A stretch of 64,000 bases of DNA, taken from Octopus vulgaris. Taxonomy: Eukaryota. The notes below the pieces were generated by a model. That model was not told the DNA's origin and made no database searches. It saw nothing but the letters and a program-made list of their open reading frames with translations. Made by a program: the position numbers and the translations under genes. Below are positions 41,281 to 54,065 of this stretch, piece by piece. The DNA lies in contig OX597825.1 of NCBI GenBank assembly GCA_951406725.2, forward strand, positions 63,240,001 to 63,304,000, read 5' to 3'. The stretch's first letter is position 1. Each line of letters begins with the position of its first letter.

Positions 41281-42061
41281 AAAGAAATGCCATTTTCTAA
41301 GAATGCAATTCAGAAACCTGAATACTAAAACAGTGAATTTATTTAGTGAATATGAGTAAAAAGTAAAATACACCAATACTACTGTATAAGAAGTGGATTA
41401 ACAGATAAACATGGTGATAACAGATTTGTATTCTTCAGCACTCTAAATTGCTTGTAGGAGAGATGCATATTCCTTGTTAATATATATCTATTGAATGGAA
41501 TAGTGAAATTACAGCAAAACTGCTTCGGTTTCTGGAGCATGAGTTTATTATTCCTTAAGGGAAACTTCTTGTTAACTACAAGTACTTCAATTTAGATTGT
41601 ATAGATATTCAGTAAACTGTAATTGGTATACTACAGAAAGAAAACTATTATATGTTGATTGGTGGGACTCAATCAGATGTGATCATAGAAACAGCTGTGT
41701 TTGTTGTAGATTAGTGAAACATCTGCCTTGATTGTGCTGACTGATGATTAAATGTATCCCTTACATGACAATCCTGTCTTATTTTTAGGCCTTCTATATC
41801 TAGGATACAAGGATGAAATGGTTTCTTTCATGTATTTCGTTATTTTATACTGAAGTTACTTGGGTGTGATTAGAGGGAGATTTGGCTGCTGTTTTTGTAG
41901 GATGATTTATTGCATAGAGATTCCTATGTTGGTTTACTCATATAGTATCTGTCAGGTATTGGGTTGGTCAAAACGTCTGTTTAGTATTTTACAACAAAAT
42001 AAGACACAAGCTTCAAGCACAAAGGGAAATATTCAATCACTATTATAAATACCATTCCATT

Positions 42062-42416
42062 TCGAATAAAATTGACCCCAGGACTTATTCTTTGTAAGCC
42101 TAGTACTTATTCTATCGGTCTTTTTTGCCAAACCGCTAAGTGACGAGGATGTAGACACACCAGCATCGGTTGTCAAGCGATGGTGGGGGACAAACACAGA
42201 TGCAAACAACAAACACATACATATATATATATATATATACATACAGATATATAGACGACAGGCTTCTTCCAGTTTCCGCCTAACAAATCTGCTCACAAGG
42301 CTTTGGTCGGCCCGAGGCTATAGCAGAAGACACTTGCCCAAGGTGCCATGCAGTAGAACTGAACCTGGAACCATGTGGCTGGGAAGCAAGCTTCTTACCA
42401 CACAGCCACTCTTGCC
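42062..42416 (-). mobile_element. SINE-A, tail truncated
   Basis: Reverse complement of the A consensus. Confidence 0.9.
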
Positions 42417-44069
42417 CCAAAGCTTAATTGTACATTTAACATTATTTTTATTAATTTTATCAGTGCATCTTTTTCTTTTTCTTTTACAAATGATGGTCTA
42501 TGGTAGCAGGTTTGGATGGAGAATTATTTGATGTAGTATTTTACAACCAAAAGCACTTCTAGTTGACAGCCCTAGTATATTCCAATGAGGTATGTTTTAT
42601 TCTACAAGTCTTTAAAAGTACTGAGAAGTGAAATGTTTTCAAGAAACATAGACATCACACCCATATTTCACTTGGATAGTAAAAAGTAAAGCCATATACT
42701 GTCAATATTCTTGTGCACAAACCCATAGAAATTGAATGTGTATATATATATATGTATGTATGTATGTATGTATATGTATAACATTGAATGAGATTTGAGT
42801 AAAAACCTTATAGAAGGTTATACAAAGCTCATCCACAAGCATTGGCTACCAAATGTCATCATACACTGGGAATACTCCTGTCCTGGTTATTCATTTGGAA
42901 TTCCAAAGTATCTATGGTTTTTGTACATATATACATACTAATTTACACATATAACAGGCTACTATCAATTCCATCCACAAAGCACTGGTCAGACTGAGGC
43001 TATAGTAAAAGATACATGTCCAGGGAATTGCACAGTATAAGAGTGATTATGAAGGAAACTGTGTATCTACACATCATTAACAGTGTCATACATACTTAGG
43101 AAATTAGGGCCAGTTTTATGTTTCAAATATATAATTTTAAGTAATTTATTCACTTCGAAGATTTTCAAAAGAGACAAGCAAATAGAGTACCAGACTCCTG
43201 CCTCAAAGCTTATTTTTGTCTATTATTAATATACGGTTAAGGCAATGAAGAATACAACCTCCATGAACTGTTTATGGACTAATCTATATATTGTACTACA
43301 TGTCTATTACTGCTATTATTTGTCAATAATAATTAACCCAAATTAACCTTGATTGACAAGCTTATTATCAAATGTCTTTCAACAGTGGCCACTCTATCTA
43401 TTTTTTGAGATTATGCAGGATGATCAATCCAAGGCCATAGGCTGTATGAACTGTAGGAATGTTAGACAAAATGCCTTGTGGTATTTATTCTGGATTATAG
43501 TATTCTGAGTTCAAATCCTGCCATGGGCTACTTTGGTAGTAAACTTAATCTGTTGCACAGATTAACACTGCCACCTGGTATCTAGGGTGCTTTATTAGAA
43601 CCCACTCTATGCAAGTATTCACATCAAGTCTTCCATTGAAGGATGACATAATCTCTTCCTCCCAATAGTCTTAGAGGCTCTGTAAAGGATCATGAGAACT
43701 GCTTCCTCTTCTGCTTAAAATATGAAAAGAAAAATATAATCTAAATTTATCAATTTATTATTTAGGTTTGTAGAGCATGATTCAAGAGTGATTTGGTCAC
43801 TATTTTTGGCAGATCAGCCTCCATCATGGAGGCTCTCACATTGGCTCAAATATTGTATGTGTATATGTTATTGTTTGCTTGTGTATCAGAATTTTATAAT
43901 TAATGAGCCTACAGTTTTGATTCCAAGCCTTGAAGGTCTGAAATATGAAACTAGAAACCATTCCAGTGTATTCTCACTCCAACATTCCCTGAAGTGAGCA
44001 TAATCACAAGAAATTCGATATTTCTGTGACAACTTTAATGGTTTTAGAACATTAGAAATTGAAGATTAT

Positions 44070-44310
44070 GACAGCAACCGGAGTCCTTTATGTGGCTATT
44101 CAACAGGCTATAAATAATACTGGTATTCTCCTCCAAAAACATACCTTGCCATCTTAAATAAAATGGAAAGACACATGGGTTGATGTAGTTATTGGTATTT
44201 GTTTTTGTTTTGCCAAAATATTTTGGGAATATCAGGGTTGGAATGGTTTGATTATAGGTCTGCTTAGTCAGAACTGACCTTGGGCTAAATAACAAAAAAC
44301 AAAACAACAA
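44070..44310 (+). mobile_element. Old interspersed repeat family G with (AAC)n-like tail (representative copy)
   Basis: Motifs like ctagaaatagcagccaaatctccctc and ggaatg..tttgatcataggtctgct...ctgacct.gggctaaacaac recur degenerately at about 3.9, 5.0-5.5, 15.9, 19.3, 21.3, 35.7, 41.8, 43.3, 45.2 and 46.1 kb. Confidence 0.6.
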
Positions 44311-44367
44311 TAAAAAAAGCTTTGCAAAAATTGATAATATCTGCAAGTAACATTGTGTCTTACTCAT

Positions 44368-44515
44368 TAGCATTTAAACTGGCTATATCCAGCCTAAATA
44401 TTCAGTTTTATGTTCAAACAAATCAAATTCAGTCCCTCACCTACCCTGGAATGTCATTCTAAAAATAAGCAGTCTCATCAAAATTTTGAAGCCACAAGAT
44501 AACACAGGATTAATT
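44368..44515. mobile_element. MITE E1 fragment
   Basis: ttagcatttaaactggctatatcc...aatgtcattctaaaaata matches 1083-1302. Confidence 0.7.
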
Positions 44516-44532
44516 TTATAAAATGTAAACTA

Positions 44533-44939
44533 CTGCTGTGCTTGAGGAGACCTATTGAGTCAAGTATATCAACATCAAAATAAAAATCAAATAGAAATTG
44601 TAGTTGTGATACCCATGCCGGTGGCACATAAAAACCACCATCTGAACATGGCTGATGCCAAAGCCACCTTGACTGGCTTCCATGCAGGTGGCATGTAAAA
44701 AGCACCAACTGATCGTGGCCGTTTCCAGCCTCTCCTGGCACCTGTGCTGGTGGCATGTAAAAAGCACCAACTACACTCACGGAGTGGTTGGTGTTAGGAA
44801 GGGCCTCCAGCTGTAGAACCACTGCCAGATCAGACTGGAACCTAGTGCAGCCTCCTGGCTTCCCAGACCCCGGTTGAACCGTCCAACCCATGCTAGCATG
44901 GAAAACGGACATTAAACGATGATGATGATGATGATGATG
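44533..44939 (+). mobile_element. RTE LINE 3' end (family D) with (GAT)n tail
   Basis: Three gtggca(c/t)(a/g)taaaaa(g)cacc subrepeats and the D terminal motif. Confidence 0.85.
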
Positions 44940-45515
44940 TGTCAAGTTTGTCGAGGCAATGTGACTTTCAGAAAATACCAATTCTATTTTTTGGTACATA
45001 TTTAACATCATTACAAGAAAAACCATGAAACTTAATTTTTGCAGTTAAAGGGTTAATGAAGAGTTAATGATATTACGTCAGCTCAGATCAAAATAATCTG
45101 CTACCAGTTATTATTTAAACTAGTACAACCTGTTTTGAGGACACATCAAACAATTGTAAAACTATATGCTTCTAATAAAATTCGATTATCATGGTTGGAA
45201 TACCTTTGATCATTGGATTGCGGGATCATGGTTGACCTTTGACTAAGTAGCAATGACAGTAACTACAACAACAGCCACAACAGCAACAACAGACAATCAT
45301 GGTAACAACAACTACAATAATAATGGTTACAATAGCAACATCAAAAATCAAGAATGATAACAACAACAATAACATCTACAATGAAAGCTGTTGTACATTT
45401 GTGTTTTCCTGAAGATACTCTTATCTGAATGCTTGAAGAATGAGATAGCCTGTACGTGATTGTTTGATCTTCTAGAAACAGCAACCAAATCTCCCTCAAA
45501 TGGTACCCTACCAAT

Positions 45516-45895
45516 TCTATCTATCTATCTATCCGCTCAGTCAAAGTCGACTCTCGGTTACTCGATGGATCAGTGTTCTCCAGCCAGTTCTATCCTGGGT
45601 CACTTCTTTCATATTAGCTATGGCCATTCCCGTGTCACTCTTGATGGTGTTAAGCCAGCAGGTTCTTGGTCGGCCTCTTCCTCTTTTGTCACTGACCTTT
45701 CCGAACATGTCCTTCTCCAGGGATTTTTTCTGTATATTATAACCAAAATATGCCAATCTATGCTTGGTGATCCTAGCTTCCAGCGACAATTTTGGCTTGA
45801 TCTGGTTAAGAACTTCTCCATTGGTGAGCCTCGCTGTCCATGGAATCCATAAAAGTCTTCTCCAACACCAAAGCTTGAATGCATTAATTCTCTTT
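45516..45895 (-). mobile_element. RTE/BovB-like LINE 3' end
   Basis: RINAFKLWCWRRLLWIPWTARLTNGEVLNQIKPKLSLEARI...LAYFG...SLEKD.FGKVSDKRGRGRPRTCWL...QDRTGWRTLIHRVTESR; (GATA)n tail. Confidence 0.9.
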
Positions 45896-47451
45896 GATAT
45901 GAATAATACATTGTGTATTGTAGTCCAAATTATTTCATTTTGTATCTGATTTACAAGATTATTTCTGTGAATTCATGTATTCAATCAAAGTAAACAAACG
46001 ATCAATTTGTCAGTTGGATATTTGACCAATTGACTAATAATAAAGGAATTGAACTAATGTGTGTGTTAATAATATTGTCCAAAATATTGTTATGTCTGAA
46101 AAACAAAATAGGAGTAAAACAGGATCGTCCTGCTTCAAATGCCTTTGACTGTGTATCTGCTCAATTAAAATTGACCTAGGTTAACCAGAAGAACAATCAT
46201 GGAAGCATGACCTCTCACGAGTTACAAAATCTGCTAAAAGTAACAACCCAAAGAAAAGACTTTTAATAAGTTGCATAATCTACTTGATATAGCATCAACA
46301 TATCTCTTGAATCACATACATTCTGCTGATTAAAAGACACAAGAGAGAACATCTGGTCAATGCCCTCAGGAAAGAGCAATACCTAAAAATTAAATGGAAT
46401 AATAATTGCTATAATGTTATTATTGACATGCAGTCAGTTGGAACAATTTTAGGACTAGTTTCAGTGTTTTATCATGAGAAGTGGCAAAGTACATCCCAAG
46501 GACATTTCATGTAGTTAGAGATATATCAAACTTAAGGAGGTGACCAGAAATTTTAGCCAATATCCACACCATGGACAAAAGATAATCCTGTTGGTCGTAT
46601 TTGAACTTTGAACATATAAGACTAAATCTTCATAGTGAAATTAATGTAGTTCACTATCTCACTCATCCACAGTGTTCGTTATAATTGATATATTAGCTGT
46701 AATTCTCTTTAACTGTTGAACCAGCGGACTAACACATAATTTTTCAAAACTTCAAACAATAAAACTGCTTTAACTGAAATAACAGACTAATAACTTTCTG
46801 GGAATCCTTCTCATTTTCGACTTGAAGAAACATTAGTAAAGTACTGATATCTAGGGAATGTCTAGTAAAAACAAAAACAAAGCAAAAAAAAAAAAAAGAA
46901 ACCGAAAATAAAAGAAGGACAAAAAGTAAAAACTAAAGAAACAAAACAAAAAAAGAAAAGAAAAAGGAAAGACTTGAAAATTCTTCTTTCTCTCTAAGTT
47001 CCATTATACTTTGCAGACTGACACATTATCTATATTTTCACTTGAGTACATTCTCTGATGGCATAATATGTGTTCACAGCGAAGTCGATAGCAATTCACT
47101 GTAACTTGAACATGCCATCAAAATGACATAGATTAGAGTGCTGAGCTGTTGGCTTCCTAACAGATATGACATCGTTTTAGTTCAGTCGTGCATGCAGAGA
47201 AAACTGAATACTTCACTTGATTTTAAAAGGCACTGTTGCAGTTAAAGAAAGCTTAACAACTTGTTAATTGTATCAGGAGAGAGTAAAATGGAAAAATATC
47301 TGCTAAGATGGTATTGTGTGCTTTTTCATACCTTCATATCAAGCAGCTGATATTTTAATGGAGATAGTAAGGTCTTGGCACCACTTAAAGATATGAGTAA
47401 AAATGAACAATTCAGAAATATGCAATTTTATATTTTTTCTTTTACTTATCA

Positions 47452-47458
47452 ACATCAC

Positions 47459-47491
<33 letters not shown>

Positions 47492-47499
47492 TGTCGTCG

Positions 47500-47581
<82 letters not shown>

Positions 47582-47818
47582 TGTCATCATCACCATCATC
47601 ATCATCGTCATCGTCATCGTCATCATCATCATCATCATTATCATCATCGTCATCATCATCATCATCATCATTATCATCGTCGCTGTCATCATCGTCGTCA
47701 TCATCATCATCTTCATCATCATCATCATCATCATTATTATTATTATTATTATTATGGTTGCTGATGTAGCTTGTTGTTATCATTTTTATTACTATTATTA
47801 TTGTTATAATTTTTATTA

Positions 47819-47864
<46 letters not shown>

Positions 47865-47921
47865 GGTTGTTGATGTAGCTTGTTGTTATCATTTTTATTA
47901 CTATTATTATTATTATTATTA

Positions 47922-47961
<40 letters not shown>

Positions 47962-48006
47962 GGTTGTTGATGTAGCTTCTTGTTATCATTTTTATTACTA
48001 TTATTA

Positions 48007-48052
<46 letters not shown>
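47452..48052. repeat. (CAT)n then (ATT)n with three copies of a ~40-bp unit
   Basis: tatggttg(c/t)tgatgtagctt(g/c)ttgttatcatttttattacta at about 47752, 47862 and 47959. Confidence 0.9.
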
Positions 48053-48056
<4 letters not shown>

Positions 48057-48414
48057 TTCTTTTTTTTTCTCTTACATTCCTATACAGGTTGATTGTGTTT
48101 TATGCCGAATGTACTGCCACAACTGACACGATTCCCATTTAAGTAGCGTGTTGATGGAATTGTAAAGTGACACAGAGGAGTGATCCTGAGCCACTTTCGT
48201 TATGTAAGAAGTAAAGACATAAAATTAATATGACATAGATCATGGTAATATATGTAATTATTGTTGATTAGTCACTGCTAATTCTTTTATAGTACATGCT
48301 AAAAGACTTATGCTGTTTTATAATAGGAGGATGTATGGATGAATGGATGTGTGTGAGTGTGTGTGTGTATGAGAGAGTGTGAGGATATTTGCATCTATGT
48401 GTGCATGGATACTT

Positions 48415-48509
48415 TTATTTATATACACATGTATAAATTAACATGTATACATATATTTATATATGTATATATGTATACACATGCATATATATGCATTATT
48501 GTATACATG

Positions 48510-48553
<44 letters not shown>

Positions 48554-48790
48554 TATATATGTATATTTGTATATATATATGTATATATCTATATGTATGC
48601 ATGCATATATATATACACACACACATATATATGATATATATGTTTGTGTATATATATGCATATATGTATATAAATATATGCATACATACACATGTGCATA
48701 TATACATTATATGTATACATGAATACATATATGTGTGTATATATATATATATATATTTAAGCACACACACACACACATACAAATATGTAT
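48415..48790. repeat. Degenerate TA/CA/TG microsatellite
   Basis: Directly visible. Confidence 0.9.
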
Positions 48791-49585
48791 GTGTAACGAA
48801 AAAATGCTAAAGAATGATAATGAATATGATGATGGTGTATATTTTTATATACTTAACCATACAAAATCTGTCTCCTTAAATCCCATTTGCCTATGAAAAT
48901 ATGGAAAAATAGTAAATGTTAAATAGCTGTTGTTGCAGCTGCTGCTTCTGATGATGACTGAGTTGACATGTGTATAATTATATATACATATATATGTATA
49001 TATATATGTATATATACATATATATTTTTACTTAAAGATGTATCTATTTATTTATATGTATGTATGTGTCTGTGATACAATATTAAACAGCATCTAGTGG
49101 TGAGCCTCAAATTCAGGAATTGAGGAGTCGTTGGCAGTGAGGAGTCATCTCTGGTCTGTTCTAACCATAAATAACAATACCCATCAGGATCCCATCAATG
49201 GGTTAAATGGAATCCCTTGGACTAGAGGGAGCTCCTGTTAATTTTAACAAAGTCATTAGGAAGACAGCTCTTCTAGGAGAAATCACTCTAACATAATAAA
49301 ACTTGCTGTCAAAACAGTACCAGCTATCTTGCAATACTTGCCACTGGAACATACTTTGGTACCAAGAGGGCAGTAAAAGTCTTGAACAAGGTTTTGTCCC
49401 TTAAACTCAACAATGATGTACAAATGTCTCACCATCATTTCACATCTTGATTTGTTTTGTATATTATAAAGTCTTGTGACGATGGATGCATGGCTTGCCT
49501 GAAAATTTATTATGATGCAGGGATGAAAGTAAATATGAGATAGGTATCATCCAACAACACAGTTAATTGTCGTATATATATAGTA

Positions 49586-49817
49586 AGGCGGTGAGCTGGC
49601 AGAAACGTTAGCACATCGGGCGAAATGCGTAGCCGTATTTCGTCTGCCGTTATGTTCTGAGTTCAAATTCCGCCGAGGTCGACTTTGCCTTTCATCCTTT
49701 TGGGGTCGATAAATTAAGTACCAGTTCCGCACTGGGGTCGATGTAATTGACTTAACCCCTTTGTCTGTCCTTGTTTGTCCCCTCTATGTTTAGCCCCTTG
49801 TGGGCAGTAAAGAAATA
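49586..49817 (+). mobile_element. SINE-B, young copy
   Basis: B consensus with CpGs intact. Confidence 0.9.
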
Positions 49818-49824
49818 TATATAT

Positions 49825-50012
49825 AGTGAGAATTTACAAAAAAACAAAAAAACAAAAGACGAAAATGGGTGTGCAAACAACTAACAGATGTATTAGTGTA
49901 ACACTTGGCAAGTTAGAAAGTCTTTTACATTTTGAGCCTATGCTCTTTGACAGAAAGGAACACGGAAATAAACAAGGAGAGAAAATAGAAAATGATTTAG
50001 TGGTTAGCAATC
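49825..50012 (-). mobile_element. Probable Penelope-like terminal fragment with a decayed hammerhead-like motif
   Basis: Minus strand tttctgtcaaagagcataggctcaaaatgtaaaagac; stem gagc/gctc present, core eroded by apparent CpG decay; abuts (TA)n. Confidence 0.45.
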
Positions 50013-50024
50013 TACACACACATA

Positions 50025-50240
50025 CAGGGTTGGCCAGAAGTCACCCGATAGTAAATCAAAATTCCATAAATACTATCTGTAATTCTGTATTGTGTTGCTC
50101 AAGAAGGACTTCAGTTTGAACAATTTTTATGATGCTTCATATTTAGATGCTTTTATTAAATTCATTCAGTTGTTAAACATTAATAAATCTTGGAATTAAA
50201 TAGTTTTGATTTACTGTCAGGTGACTTTTAACCAACCCTG
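50025..50240. mobile_element. Tc1/mariner-type MITE
   Basis: 37-bp imperfect TIR cagggttggccagaagtcacccgatagtaaatcaaaa vs ttttgatttactgtcaggtgacttttaaccaaccctg, with TA on both sides. Confidence 0.9.
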
Positions 50241-50255
50241 TATACATATATATAT

Positions 50256-50478
50256 CTTTTACTCTTTTACTCTTTTACTTGTTTCAGTCGTGTGACTGTG
50301 GCCATCCTGGAGCACTGCCTTTAGTTGAGTAAATCAACCCCAGGACTTTTTCTTTGTAAGCCTTGTACTTATTCTATCAGTCTCTTTTGCTGAACAGCTA
50401 GGTTAAGGGGATGTAAACACACCAGCATCGGTTGTCAAGCAATGTTTGGGGGACAAACACAGACACATAAACACACAC

Positions 50479-50536
<58 letters not shown>

Positions 50537-51163
50537 TCATCCCATTTGATTTATATGGATAATACCATACAAAATTTTGGTGCTTTTAACTTAAGTACCA
50601 TATTCATCTGAATCTAAATTTTGCTGAACTTATATATACATATTTTGGAAGCACTCCGTTGGTTACGACGATGAGGGTTCCGGTTGATCCAACCAACGGA
50701 ACAGCTTGCTCGTGAAATTAACATGTAAGTGGCTGAGCACTCCACAGACACGTGTACCCTTAATGTAGTTCTCGGGGATATTCAGCATGACACAGAGAGT
50801 GACAAGGCCGGCCCTTTGAAATACAGGTACAACAGAAACAGGAAGTAAGAGTGAGAGAAAGTTGTGGTGAAAGAGTACAGCAGGGATCACCACCACCCCC
50901 TGCCGGAGCCTCGTAGAGCTTTAGGTGTTTTCGCTCAATAAACACTCACAACGCCCGGTCTGGGAATCGAAACCGCGATCCTATGACCGCGAGTCCGCTG
51001 CCCTAACCACTTCTTTCAGTTTCTGTTTACTAAATCCACTCACAAGGCTTTGGTCGCCCTGAGGCTATAGTAGATGACTCTTGCCCTAGGTGCCATGCAG
51101 TGGGACTGAATCAGGAACCATATGGTTCATAAGCAAGCTACTTACCACACGGCCACTCCTACC
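50256..51163 (-). mobile_element. SINE-A split by insertions in its microsatellite region
   Basis: Tail half at 50256-50530, head half at 51011-51163. Confidence 0.85.
50646..51011 (-). mobile_element. SINE-C with an alternative 3' tail
   Basis: C head and body as at 30533, then an unrelated tail ...gggtacacgtgtctgtggagtgctcagccac...ggaaccctcatcgtcgtaacc. Confidence 0.85.
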
Positions 51164-51235
51164 CCATATATATATATATATATATATGTATATGTGTGTA
51201 TGTGTGTATGTATATATATATATATACACATAAAC

Positions 51236-51265
<30 letters not shown>

Positions 51266-51267
<2 letters not shown>

Positions 51268-51410
51268 TGGGTCATCCTATAAATAATGCAGCTTTTTTAA
51301 TACTTGGTTTATTTTTCAAAATTTACATAAACAAATTTCTTTTTTAATCTAAAATATACTCTCCTTCCTTTTCAACAATGCTTTTCCATCTATCTGGTAG
51401 ACTTGCAAGC
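51266..51410 (-). mobile_element. Mariner right-end fragment
   Basis: Minus translation LASLPDRWKSIVEKEGEYILD* followed by a TIR-like end next to (TA)n. Confidence 0.75.
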
Positions 51411-51829
51411 TTTCAAAGTTTGGTGATATTTTCCAATTATTTAAGATATTTCTAATGTTGATTTAACTTCTGCAAGTTAGAAGTTATACCAGATTTCTCT
51501 GTAACTGTTAAGTTACATTAACGACCCCCCATAATTATGATTATCAGACCATTCGTTAATAATTTGGAACACTGAAAGTTCGTGCAAATCATGCAAATGG
51601 CCACAGTGTGTTTATGCTTATGCAAAACCTCACGTCTTTTACACAGCACACGCATGTATCTGTTGCCATCATTCTGTGGAACTTTCATTGAATTCTAGCT
51701 AGTAGTTTAAAAATAATGTAAAGAAAAAATGTTACATTGTTAATAATTTGAGATGCAGTGTCTATATATTTGTATGTGTGCATGTTTGTGTGTGGTGGTG
51801 GTGGTGGGTGAGTGTGTGCATTGATCACT

Positions 51830-51952
51830 ATCAGACTCTAAAGCCGAAGACAAATGTAACTCTTCACCTATGGGAGGTAAGAATCCATTACCGCAATGGA
51901 TTCTTGCCTCCAGAGGCAAGAGTTACATTTGTCTTCAGTTTTAGCATTTGAT
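51830..51952. repeat. ~123-bp foldback (about 58-bp arms, 5-nt loop)
   Basis: gaagacaaatgtaactctt...gaggtaagaatccatt accgc aatggattcttgcctc...aagagttacatttgtcttc. Confidence 0.9.
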
Positions 51953-52100
51953 GAGACAATCATGAGACACTCATGCCTTTTGTGGATGTGGAACACATAG
52001 TCATTCTATGACCGGACACTGTCTTAACTACTTAAAAATACATTACTGCTCTGTGCTTTAGTGTGTGCTTCTTTTTCAGAGATATGATACATTGATGATC

Positions 52101-52145
<45 letters not shown>

Positions 52146-52713
52146 TTGATTAATGATAGAGACAGAAAATGGAAGATACAAGAATGTTTATTAATCACGA
52201 CAATTGTTTCAAACCATCTAGCATTGACCCCTCACTGGTGGGATACATAACAATGGGTTTATAAGTATCCGTCGGTGTAGATGTGTCTCTTCAAGTGATT
52301 ACAAGATATATTTCATTAAAATAACAACTGTTCCACAAGATATCTTCTCAGTTTGTGTATAGAAAAGTAACAAATTAAGGGATACAGCTTCATTTTTGTA
52401 GAAGATTAATAAATAAGAAATGCAAGAAGAAAGGAATACACAATACAGCAGAAAATGCATTAGATATAACCTTTAACAGATATGGGTGTATAAATGCCTA
52501 CAGTTAGGTTGTATAGTGCACGTACACTTGCTCGTACAAATATCCATAATAATGTAAGCAGATGCACACGTGTAGGTTTGGCACACATATACTCACACAG
52601 CAAATTAGATATTTCATTCTTATAAGAATGGGGGAGGCTAGAGTTAAATTTAGTTCATCCATACCTTAAGGTAAGTTATGATTATTAATTTGGTTAACAG
52701 TAAGTGTGTATAT

Positions 52714-52751
<38 letters not shown>

Positions 52752-52938
52752 GAGAGGCAGAGTGTATATGTGTGAAGCATAATTGCATTTATTTGCATTA
52801 CTACCTCTATGTCAGCTAGTGTTGGATTTTCTTTAAAGCCTCCTAGTCTAGGAGGAGAATTCGGGGTATAATTTCAAATCATTTGAGACCACTAGGATGT
52901 ATATATATATTTATAGGTAAGTTTCCAAATTAGGTTTA

Positions 52939-52967
<29 letters not shown>

Positions 52968-52969
<2 letters not shown>

Positions 52970-53400
52970 CATTATCATCATCACCATCATCACTTAACAT
53001 CTGCTTTCCATGGTGGCATGGGTCAGATGGTTTGACTAAGGACTGGCAAGCCAGGAGACTGCACCAGGCTCCAATCTGATCTGGCAATGTTTCTACAACT
53101 GGCTGCCCTTCATAACACCTTTGAGAGTGTAGTAGGTTCTTTTTACATGCTACCAGCATGGGGGCCAGTCAGGCAGTATTGGCATTGACTACACTCAAAA
53201 TGGTCCTTTTTACATATCACCAGCACTGGAGCCAGTCAGGTGGTATTGGCATCAGTCACAACAATGATTTCACTTGACTCAACAGGTCATCTCAAGCACA
53301 GCGATTGAAGGGTACTCTTAAATGAGCCAGTTATGTGACACTGGCATAGGCCATGGCTACGGTCTCACTTGGTTTATTGGCTCTTCTCAAGCACTGCATA
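52968..53400 (-). mobile_element. Family D RTE 3' end
   Basis: (CAT)n, ttaacatctgctttccatgg...ctggctgcccttc, subrepeats, ctcaagcacagc. Confidence 0.8.
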
Positions 53401-53414
53401 TCTCATATATACTC

Positions 53415-54065
<651 letters not shown>

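Noticed and set aside
47375-47873. Poly-His/Ile/Ser/Asp ORFs
   Set aside because: (CAT)n and (ATT)n repeats; no unique coding sequence.
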